Shown here: in pieces, positions 8,692 to 15,846 of the stretch
How positions within the stretch are numbered: the first letter of the stretch is position 1
Layout of the letters: every line of letters begins with the position of its first letter
Source: a virus
Lineage: Duplodnaviria > Caudoviricetes
Strand: one strand, 5' to 3'
Virus record (IMG/VR): IMGVR_UViG_3300026848_000007
Coordinates: 1 to 40,361 of that record
Length of the DNA: 40,361 bases
The notes under the pieces: generated by a model
What the model saw: only the letters and a program-made list of their open reading frames with translations
The model's database searches: none
Told to the model about the DNA's origin: nothing
Position numbers and translations under genes: made by a program

Positions 8692-11334
8692 ATGCGACGA
8701 GCAAACATCATCAGACTAAGCGAAGACGAGCGACGCTCGATTCGTTTCCTTTCCGACCGGGTGGACGCCCGGCTGCTGTCAGAACGTGATGGCAAAACCA
8801 CGGCGGTTATCACCGTGACCCGTACCGGTAAGTTTTTTGACCCTCGGTACGACAGCTTTGTGATTGATAAGTCGATGCTGCTCAGCATGGTGAAAAACTT
8901 CGAAGGCAATGTTTACGGCCAGGACATCGTGCTCGATGTCTCGCACATGCCGCATAACGGCGCTGCCGGGTTTTTCAAACGATTGTTCCTGGACGGGAAC
9001 AAGCTCCGCGGTGAAGTGGAGTTCACGGAATACGGTGTCGATGCGGTGACGAAAAAAGGTTTTGTCTACGTCTCTGCCGAGTTCGATGAGAACTTTGTCG
9101 ACAACGAAAAACGTGAAGCCCACGGCCCAACGCTTCTGGGGGCCGGCCTGACCCCGAGACCAGTCATCAAGCACCTTGATCGGGTGCAACTATCCGAAGA
9201 GGCGCTGGATGGCGCTCCAATGACGCTGGTTTCAGATCGTATTGCCCGACTACTGAATGAGGAAATGGACATGAAAAAGTACAAACAAGCGTTGATGGCG
9301 GCTCTGGGCAGCCTGAAACTTTCTGAGGCTGTTGTTAAGCAGCTTGGTGAAGCATTTGAAGCCGCGGCCACTCCGCTGGGTGATGACGAAGCGAAGCTGA
9401 AGGCGCTGTCGGCTAAGTTCGAAGAAACTGGCAAGCAGCTGGCCGAATCAATCGGCGACAAAGAAGTAAAACTCAGCATCGAAATGCCCGCCGCTCCAGC
9501 AGCTACTCCTACTGCCACGCCAGCAGATGACAAGGGTGCCAAAACCCTGTCTGAAGATGATGTGAAACGCATCATGCAAGAATCTGTCGCTGCTGCGAAT
9601 AAGGCAACTCAGGATGCAGCCAAAAAACTGAGCGATAACCAGGCAACCTTTAAAAAGGCACTGGATGAGGCCGAAGGCCTGAAGGCGCTGTCTGAAGACA
9701 CACTGAAATCATTGCATGGTGCTGCCGATCTGATTACTGGTGATATGACCGAAGCTCAAGTCAAAGCACTGGCTGAGCATCAAATCAAACTCGGTACAGA
9801 AATGGGTGTCACCCGTCAGCTGTCGGGTATGGGCTTTCAGGTTTCTGGTAATGCACATATCTCTGTCGATGACAGCAACAGCGTTAAATCACTTCAGGAA
9901 ACAGTTGATCAGCGTCTTGGCTTTGCTGGCATGGCCGACTCTCGCCGTTATGCCAACACAGGCGGTCAGTTGCAGGACGCGAATAAACAACTGGCTGAAA
10001 AAGTACTGGCGCAGTTTGACGCGGCAAATGCTCACCAACTGCGTGAAGAGCGCAAGATGTTGTCTGGTGGCGATGGTTTGGTTTCTGACGTCGCGGTTCC
10101 GGCTATCTTTGAACGTACTGTTATCCGTGAGGCGTTATATAGCCTTGTCGGTCTGCAGTTTGTCGATGTGGGAACGCTGCCGTTTGCTTCCTCAGCATTA
10201 ATTCCTTACAGCTACCGCGATACCACTGCTGCAGGCCGTAACAGCACTCGCCGTTATGAAGGCCAAGGCATTAACCGCGCCGGCATCATTCAAACGTCTG
10301 ACACCGCTTACCCGATTCCTCAGAAATTGGCATTCGAAGTGTCTGACGAACTGCGTTATCTGACAGGCAGCGGCATCTTGAACTTTGATGCAGCCATGGA
10401 AAACGTGAAAAACGCCTCTCGCATCATCGGTGAAGACACCGAACAGATGATCTTCAATGAAGTGCTGAACAGTGCTGACGAATATGGTGCTGTAGCGGTT
10501 GCTAATGAAGTCGTTGCGGATGTTGACGGCACCAACAACATCTTTGTGTTGGCCAACTTCCCTGTAGTCCGTCCTCGTGCCATTTATGACCTGCAAGGCA
10601 ATCAAGTCGGTAACACGGTGAACCCTGTCACTGTCGAGTATGACACTGGCGGTGGTTATAACCCTGTGTCTGAGTTCGACGGTACCGGCGAACAGGCTGC
10701 AGGCACTTATTACGTGCTGGACTTCAACCAGGGCGAAATCTACCTGGTAGACGAAGAGGGCGCCATGGTAACGCCAGCTGATGCTCACAATATTCGTGTC
10801 AGCTACAGCCGCTCAACCAACGTTTATGCCTTCAACTCCGACAACGGCTCCGTTGAGATGGATCTGTATTGGAATCAGTTCCTGTATCGCTATGGTCTGC
10901 GTAAGTCTGAAATTGAAGACAACCGCTTCCACTCGGCGAACTTCGGTTTGATGTCTGGTACTGCGATGAACCAGGTAGAACAGGCTCGCCAGTTTGCTGC
11001 CAACTTTAACCGAAACGGTACTGACCTGGCATCGAACGGTAACCTCGGTCGCATTAAAGACGTGCCTAACTTCAAGACCAGTGCACCCGGTCTGAATATG
11101 GGCGACCAGCGTGTGATTATCGGCGAACGTGGCCAGACCCGCCTGCGCATGATGAAACCGTGGTCAATGGGTGAGCTGGAAAACCAGAAAGACGCTAACG
11201 GTCGCTTTACTGGCAAGAAAGAAGCCTATGGTGACCAGTTCCTCGTGCTGCACACCCCAACGCCGCTGAAACGTGCTTACACCTCGATGGTGTTGTACAG
11301 CGCAACGGCCCGTGTTGCTCGTACAGCTGCCTAA
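8692..11334 (+). CDS. Fused prohead protease - scaffold - major capsid protein
   Basis: N-terminus DVSH..AAG..YVSAEF..GAGLTPRP is Mu gpI-like protease. Ala/Lys/Glu-rich helical middle, capsid-like C-terminal ~420 aa. No separate capsid gene. Start 8692 or 8680. Confidence 0.85.
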   Translation: MRRANIIRLSEDERRSIRFLSDRVDARLLSERDGKTTAVITVTRTGKFFDPRYDSFVIDKSMLLSMVKNFEGNVYGQDIVLDVSHMPHNGAAGFFKRLFLDGNKLRGEVEFTEYGVDAVTKKGFVYVSAEFDENFVDNEKREAHGPTLLGAGLTPRPVIKHLDRVQLSEEALDGAPMTLVSDRIARLLNEEMDMKKYKQALMAALGSLKLSEAVVKQLGEAFEAAATPLGDDEAKLKALSAKFEETGKQLAESIGDKEVKLSIEMPAAPAATPTATPADDKGAKTLSEDDVKRIMQESVAAANKATQDAAKKLSDNQATFKKALDEAEGLKALSEDTLKSLHGAADLITGDMTEAQVKALAEHQIKLGTEMGVTRQLSGMGFQVSGNAHISVDDSNSVKSLQETVDQRLGFAGMADSRRYANTGGQLQDANKQLAEKVLAQFDAANAHQLREERKMLSGGDGLVSDVAVPAIFERTVIREALYSLVGLQFVDVGTLPFASSALIPYSYRDTTAAGRNSTRRYEGQGINRAGIIQTSDTAYPIPQKLAFEVSDELRYLTGSGILNFDAAMENVKNASRIIGEDTEQMIFNEVLNSADEYGAVAVANEVVADVDGTNNIFVLANFPVVRPRAIYDLQGNQVGNTVNPVTVEYDTGGGYNPVSEFDGTGEQAAGTYYVLDFNQGEIYLVDEEGAMVTPADAHNIRVSYSRSTNVYAFNSDNGSVEMDLYWNQFLYRYGLRKSEIEDNRFHSANFGLMSGTAMNQVEQARQFAANFNRNGTDLASNGNLGRIKDVPNFKTSAPGLNMGDQRVIIGERGQTRLRMMKPWSMGELENQKDANGRFTGKKEAYGDQFLVLHTPTPLKRAYTSMVLYSATARVARTAA

Positions 11335-11342
11335 CTAAAACC

Positions 11343-11363
11343 GGCCCCGCCTCAGGCGGGGCC
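11343..11363 (+). terminator. GC-rich hairpin after capsid gene (weak terminator or mRNA stabiliser)
   Basis: GGCCCCGCC-TCA-GGCGGGGCC with no clear U tract. Confidence 0.5.
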
Positions 11364-11381
11364 ATTACCTTGAGGTGAGTT

Positions 11382-11801
11382 ATGGCCACAGTACCCGTCG
11401 AAAATAAAACTGAATTCCCGAAGCATGTCGCCGGCACGATTATTCCGCCAGGCGAAACACGCTTTTTTGAAGAATCCACGCTGCCGCCTTATCTGCGTAA
11501 GCCAAAAGTGGCGGCTGTTGAATCTCAGCCAACTGGTTTTGAGCTCATTAATGATGCCGAAATGCTTGCTACGGCAATGCTGATCGAGTTATTGGACCGG
11601 CCAGTTAAAGAAGTCAAAAAACAACTGCACACACTGCCGCTTGCCGGGCTGAACCAGTTGGATGCGATGGAGCAGGCAGGCGGTAATCGCTCAACGTTGA
11701 TTAACGACATCACCAACGAGCGTCTGCGCCGTGCTGAAATCGAAAATAACGCGGAGCTGACCTCTGTCGAAAAATACGTTCAGGTGCACCGTGTCGGCTG
11801 A
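11382..11801 (+). CDS. Capsid-adjacent hypothetical protein
   Basis: GAGGTG SD. C-terminal helical motif E..GGNRSTLI is common in genes that follow capsid genes. Confidence 0.7.
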   Translation: MATVPVENKTEFPKHVAGTIIPPGETRFFEESTLPPYLRKPKVAAVESQPTGFELINDAEMLATAMLIELLDRPVKEVKKQLHTLPLAGLNQLDAMEQAGGNRSTLINDITNERLRRAEIENNAELTSVEKYVQVHRVG

Positions 11802-12399
11802 GTTTCACAATCTGCTGGATATCTCTCCGAATACGCTGGTCGACGCGATGCGTCGGCTGGCCTATCCGGTGTATCTGGGTGACTACAATCTCAATCTGGT
11901 CGGGGTCCGTTGTCTTTTGGATAAGGATTCCAACGAGTTTAATGATGTGCTGGCCGTGCTTTACACGCTCAATGGTCGGCAGCATCTGCACTGCATTCCC
12001 TTTACCACTGACCCCGGCGAACACTACCGGGAAAATCCGATTAACTCACTGGGCACAGCGGTTCTTGTGCCTGGTCACTATCCCGGTTGCTGGCGTGTGG
12101 GTTCCCATCGCGGCCAGTATCAGGCATTGGTGCAATGCGCCAGCATGACTGTGTACCGGGACAACGATAAGGACGCGGAGCTGGACACGGATGTCTCTAC
12201 CGAGTCGGGCCTGTTTGGCATTAATCTGCACCGTGCACATGCCAATCTGCCGTCGGATGAGGTAAACCGCTGGTCTGCTGGCTGTCAGGTTGTGCCTGAT
12301 CCGCTGGACTTTGACCTCTTAATGGCACTGGCGCGTAAGTCCGTCTCTCTCTATGGCGTGTATTTCAGCTACACGCTGCTGACGGAGGACCAGCTATGA
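11791..12399 (+). CDS. Putative endolysin with L,D-transpeptidase (YkuD)-like His/Cys motif
   Basis: GINLH-x12-WSAGCQV. Sits directly before spanins and holin, and no other lysin was recognised. Confidence 0.6.
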   Translation: MSAEFHNLLDISPNTLVDAMRRLAYPVYLGDYNLNLVGVRCLLDKDSNEFNDVLAVLYTLNGRQHLHCIPFTTDPGEHYRENPINSLGTAVLVPGHYPGCWRVGSHRGQYQALVQCASMTVYRDNDKDAELDTDVSTESGLFGINLHRAHANLPSDEVNRWSAGCQVVPDPLDFDLLMALARKSVSLYGVYFSYTLLTEDQL

Positions 12400-12884
12400 A
12401 CCCGATGGCTTATTTCATTTTGGCTGCTCTCCTGTTTGGGCTCTGGGGCGGTTACGAGTTTCGTGACGCCAGAGCCGAAGCTGAGCGGGTGGCTGCTGTT
12501 GAAGCGGCTGTTAAACAGGCCAAAGAAGATGAAGCGGTTTCTCGTGAGCAGGAAATTGAGCTTCGTAAGTCGCAGCAAAAAACACAGGTCGTTTACAAGA
12601 CCATTACCAAAGAGGTTCCGAAATATGTGCCGGTTATTCAAAAATCTGACAGTGAGTGCAATTTGTCTAGGGGCACTGTCCGCTTGTTCAACGACGCCGC
12701 CGCTGAACGAGTGCCCGAAACCACCGGTGTCGATGACCCAGCCGATACCGAGCCTTCCACCGTTACAGAAGCCAGACTGATCGATTATGGCTTCGATGTT
12801 ATTGAGCAGTACAACCAGGTTAAAAACCAATGTAATGCGCTCATCGAGTGGCACGAGAAAACACATAACAGGGAGCGGCGATGA
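12396..12884 (+). CDS. Rz-like inner-membrane spanin
   Basis: N-terminal transmembrane helix, coiled coil, two Cys, embedded lipoprotein gene. Confidence 0.75.
   Translation: MNPMAYFILAALLFGLWGGYEFRDARAEAERVAAVEAAVKQAKEDEAVSREQEIELRKSQQKTQVVYKTITKEVPKYVPVIQKSDSECNLSRGTVRLFNDAAAERVPETTGVDDPADTEPSTVTEARLIDYGFDVIEQYNQVKNQCNALIEWHEKTHNRERR
12625..12780 (+). CDS. Rz1-like outer-membrane lipoprotein spanin, embedded in +1 frame
   Basis: SD AGAGG at 12611. MCRLFKNLTVSAICLGA-LSAC lipobox followed by a Pro-rich mature peptide. Confidence 0.75.
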   Translation: MCRLFKNLTVSAICLGALSACSTTPPLNECPKPPVSMTQPIPSLPPLQKPD

Positions 12885-13192
12885 TAGACAAGGATCCGTC
12901 GGCATTTTCATTACTGACGTATTGCTGGGTTTTGGCCTTATCTACATGGGGCGGGATTGTCGGTTATATGCGTAAGCGTCGACTGGGCATTATCAAGCGG
13001 TTCTCGATCGTCGAGTTTATCGGCGAAATGATGACCTCTGGCTTTGCCGGCATGATGACGTTTTTCCTGTGTAACTCAGCCAACCTTGACCCGATGCTGT
13101 CAGCGGCCCTGATCGGCATATCCGGACACATGGGGTCACGGGCGGTGTTCATGCTCGAAGACTTTCTACAGCGGAAATTTGGTGAGGCGTAA
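12881..13192 (+). CDS. Holin (LydA-like)
   Basis: 103 aa with about three transmembrane segments. KDP..WGG..SGFAG..GISGHMGSRA. Confidence 0.8.
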   Translation: MIDKDPSAFSLLTYCWVLALSTWGGIVGYMRKRRLGIIKRFSIVEFIGEMMTSGFAGMMTFFLCNSANLDPMLSAALIGISGHMGSRAVFMLEDFLQRKFGEA

Positions 13193-13195
13193 TCC

Positions 13196-13810
13196 ATGGC
13201 TGGCACTCTGAGCAAAGCGGACTTAATCACTGACCACAAAGCCGGTATGGGCAAGTCAGCGACCAAGTTCACGGCTGCCAACGATGCCGACTTTGAGCGG
13301 CATCTGGGCAAAGCTGTCAGAGCCTTTTCACGTATCCGCCGCCGGACACTGGTCGGCACGATATCACTCACCGCTGACGAGTCTTATTATCCGGCCCCGG
13401 CCGACATGATTGCGCCCAAAGTCTCCAAATGGGGGCAGGGCAAATTGCAGCCCTGGGATGATGGTTACGCACCGCTCCCCAGAATGTCGATGTTTGAAGA
13501 TGACGGCGTGAACATGATTCAGCTTTACCCTGCGCCGACATCGTTTCAAATCTGTCTGTTTGGCAGCCAGTACAGCTTCTTTTACCTGGCAGCGCATGAG
13601 ATTGGTGAGCAGGCTGCTGACACGACTATCAAAAACGGTGACCGGGATCTGTTTCTGCTGCTCGCCACTATTGAGGCTGTGCGTGAGCTTGCAGCCTCTG
13701 GCATCACAGAACCCGTTCAGCTACATCGTGGCATGGGCGCTGTTAACTCGAACATGACACCAGCAGCGCTGCTGGAAGTGCTGGGCAGAGAACTGGAGCG
13801 CTATCGATGA
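13196..13810 (+). CDS. Head-tail adaptor (putative)
   Basis: First gene of the neck cluster; size and position. Confidence 0.55.
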   Translation: MAGTLSKADLITDHKAGMGKSATKFTAANDADFERHLGKAVRAFSRIRRRTLVGTISLTADESYYPAPADMIAPKVSKWGQGKLQPWDDGYAPLPRMSMFEDDGVNMIQLYPAPTSFQICLFGSQYSFFYLAAHEIGEQAADTTIKNGDRDLFLLLATIEAVRELAASGITEPVQLHRGMGAVNSNMTPAALLEVLGRELERYR

Positions 13811-14301
13811 GCTTTTCAGTCGATGTCAATGCCCGTCAGCTGATCGCAGGCCTTAACTATTATGTGAAGGCGCTGCCTGAACGCATCGATGAAGGTGTCA
13901 GCCGTGCAGCCTTCGAGGTCGGCCGTGAAATGGCAGACCATGCTCCGAAAGCACACTCAACACTGGTCAGCAGTATCAAACCTGATCAGGTGGCGCTGAT
14001 GGAGTGGCGCGTTGGGCCGCATGTGAACTATGCAGCCGATGTGGAATACGGCACCGAAGGCGGGGGCTTTGTCCCGTTCGATGTTCTGTTTTCATGGGTA
14101 CAGATAAAAGGCATTCAGCCGCGTAATCCGGAGTGGACGCTGGAGGATGTCACCGTGGCCATTCAGGACAAGATTCTGGCTAAAGGCACACCGGCACAGC
14201 CGTTCGCTAAACCTGTTGTTGATAGCGGCTTTGCCGAGCAGGCATTGATGCGAAATCTACTCAATAAAACCAGACAAGCCAAACAGGAGGCCGGTCTATG
14301 A
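13807..14301 (+). CDS. HK97 gp10-like tail completion protein
   Basis: APKAHSTLVSSI, YAADVEYGT and GTPAQPF motifs. Confidence 0.75.
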   Translation: MSFSVDVNARQLIAGLNYYVKALPERIDEGVSRAAFEVGREMADHAPKAHSTLVSSIKPDQVALMEWRVGPHVNYAADVEYGTEGGGFVPFDVLFSWVQIKGIQPRNPEWTLEDVTVAIQDKILAKGTPAQPFAKPVVDSGFAEQALMRNLLNKTRQAKQEAGL

Positions 14302-14717
14302 ACTGGTATGACGTTGCTCTGGCACTGCATCTTTTCATGGTGAATCACACCGATCTAGATGGTTATGTCGTCCAGTTCGGGGCAAAGGTGCCTATTCCAG
14401 ATGCGAAAACGGTCGTGCTGATTCGGGGTCCGCATACGCCTAGAACAAATGAACCCAAAAGCCGCGAGGAGCTGACCCTGTTTGTTGAGTGCTGGGAGTC
14501 GGGTTCAGACAGTGAGTCAGAAGCACCCGAAGTGGCATATGGCCTGCTGGCCACTTTCGAGAAGAAAGTCTTCTCCGTGATTAATGACTTCGGCAAAGGT
14601 GACCAGCGTATTCAAGATAAACCAATTCGGGTTCGGGTCGGTGACGCCGAGCCTGACGGCGATATGTTCCGGCCCATGGTCGGCAGCCGGACCCGAGTCA
14701 CTATTTCATGGCTATAG
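14298..14717 (+). CDS. Tail terminator (putative)
   Basis: 139 aa between the gp10-like gene and the tube gene. Confidence 0.55.
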   Translation: MNWYDVALALHLFMVNHTDLDGYVVQFGAKVPIPDAKTVVLIRGPHTPRTNEPKSREELTLFVECWESGSDSESEAPEVAYGLLATFEKKVFSVINDFGKGDQRIQDKPIRVRVGDAEPDGDMFRPMVGSRTRVTISWL

Positions 14718-14728
14718 GAGGAAACACC

Positions 14729-14878
14729 ATGCCAGCAACTGATAAAAAAGCCGCACCCCGAACAGAAGTAGAACTGAAAAAGGTGCATACCCATGCCGGC
14801 GAGCCTAAAGAGCCGGGCGACAAAATCAGCGTGACCGAGCGGCAGAAAGTACGCCTCGAAAAGCGCGGCATCATTTAA
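14729..14878 (+). CDS. 49-aa conserved-type phage protein (below the ORF-track cut-off)
   Basis: SD AGGAGG. MPATDKKAAPRTEVELKKVHTHAGEPKEPGDKISVTERQKVRLEKRGII. Confidence 0.75.
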   Translation: MPATDKKAAPRTEVELKKVHTHAGEPKEPGDKISVTERQKVRLEKRGII

Positions 14879-14933
14879 TCGACCCGTCTCAAAGGCCGGG
14901 AATTTTTAGTTAAAGTCATAAGGAGTAAACACT

Positions 14934-15686
14934 ATGGCGGGTGTAATTGCTGAAGGTACGATGTACCTCAATCGAATTGTGGACGGTGTTGCCCAGGGCC
15001 GCGTTAAGGTTCCCGGTCTGGCTCGTTTTTCCGTTTCCCCACAGTCGGAAAAGAAAGAAGCCAAGTCTAAGGACAAAGGCAAATATGGTCAGGTAGTGGC
15101 TGCAGTGCTGTTGCCGCAGCCTACGGAACTGGGCATTACCATTACCGACGTAGATGGTCCGGCGTTGGCCATGGCACTTATGGGTGACCTGGAAACCTTG
15201 TCAGTCAGTGGTGGCACCGTCACCGATGAAGTTGTGACAGCCAAACTGGGTCAGTATCTGGACTTGGCTCAGAAAAATATTACTGCCGCGACCGTAGTCG
15301 TGCAGGATGTCACCGACACCACCACCTATGATGAAGGTGTCGACTATGAGATCAACTATGCCATGGGCTGGATTATGCCGCTGGCAGGTGGTGATATCTC
15401 GGCAGATGATGTGCTGCATATCGATTATGACCATGGCGCGATTGCCGGTCAGCGAATCAAAGGCTCAACCCGTGCCGAAGTGCGTGGCGAGATGGTGCTC
15501 GATGGCCGCAACCTGGCAGACGGTAAACCACTTACAGTCGTTGTCCATGAAGGCATTGTGGCTACTGATGGTGAAGTCGACTTTATGTCTGATGACTTCG
15601 TCGAACTCGCTATGGGCGGCACGATGGCCACACCAGATGGTAAGAACGAGCCGTACTATGTCGATTATGGTCAGACGCTAAGTTAA
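14934..15686 (+). CDS. Major tail tube protein
   Basis: Strong SD TAAGGAG. 250 aa beta-rich protein directly before the tape measure gene. Confidence 0.8.
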   Translation: MAGVIAEGTMYLNRIVDGVAQGRVKVPGLARFSVSPQSEKKEAKSKDKGKYGQVVAAVLLPQPTELGITITDVDGPALAMALMGDLETLSVSGGTVTDEVVTAKLGQYLDLAQKNITAATVVVQDVTDTTTYDEGVDYEINYAMGWIMPLAGGDISADDVLHIDYDHGAIAGQRIKGSTRAEVRGEMVLDGRNLADGKPLTVVVHEGIVATDGEVDFMSDDFVELAMGGTMATPDGKNEPYYVDYGQTLS

Positions 15687-15721
15687 TCGCGGTTCAGCCT
15701 GTCAGGGATGACGGGCTGATA

Positions 15722-15766
15722 TAAGCGAAATTTACCCCTGTTTTGCTTGCCAAAGTGAGCCATTAT
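15722..15766 (+). promoter_or_regulatory. Putative late promoter 3
   Basis: TAAGCGAAATTTACCCCTGTTTTGCTTG at 15722-15749, CATTAT at 15761-15766. Confidence 0.65.
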
Positions 15767-15797
15767 CGGGCTTGACTGATAAAAGGTAAGCATCTGC

Positions 15798-15834
15798 AAA
15801 AGCCACGGTCCTCTAGCGAGGTCGTGGCTTTTTT
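15798..15834 (+). terminator. Intrinsic terminator-like hairpin in the tape-measure leader
   Basis: AAAAGCCACGG(T)CCTC-TAGC-GAGGTCGTGGC followed by T6. Confidence 0.7.
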
Positions 15835-15846
15835 ATTTGGGGCACT

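Noticed and set aside
8779-11479. Long antisense ORFs over the capsid gene (e.g. 9066-9575, 10198-10788) and similar shadows over terL, portal, tape measure and primase
   Set aside because: They mirror strongly coding + strand genes, have no motifs or clear RBS, and are expected from codon bias.
481-15749. 28-bp repeats as CRISPR repeats
   Set aside because: Copies are 7-8 kb apart, there is no spacer array and no cas genes.
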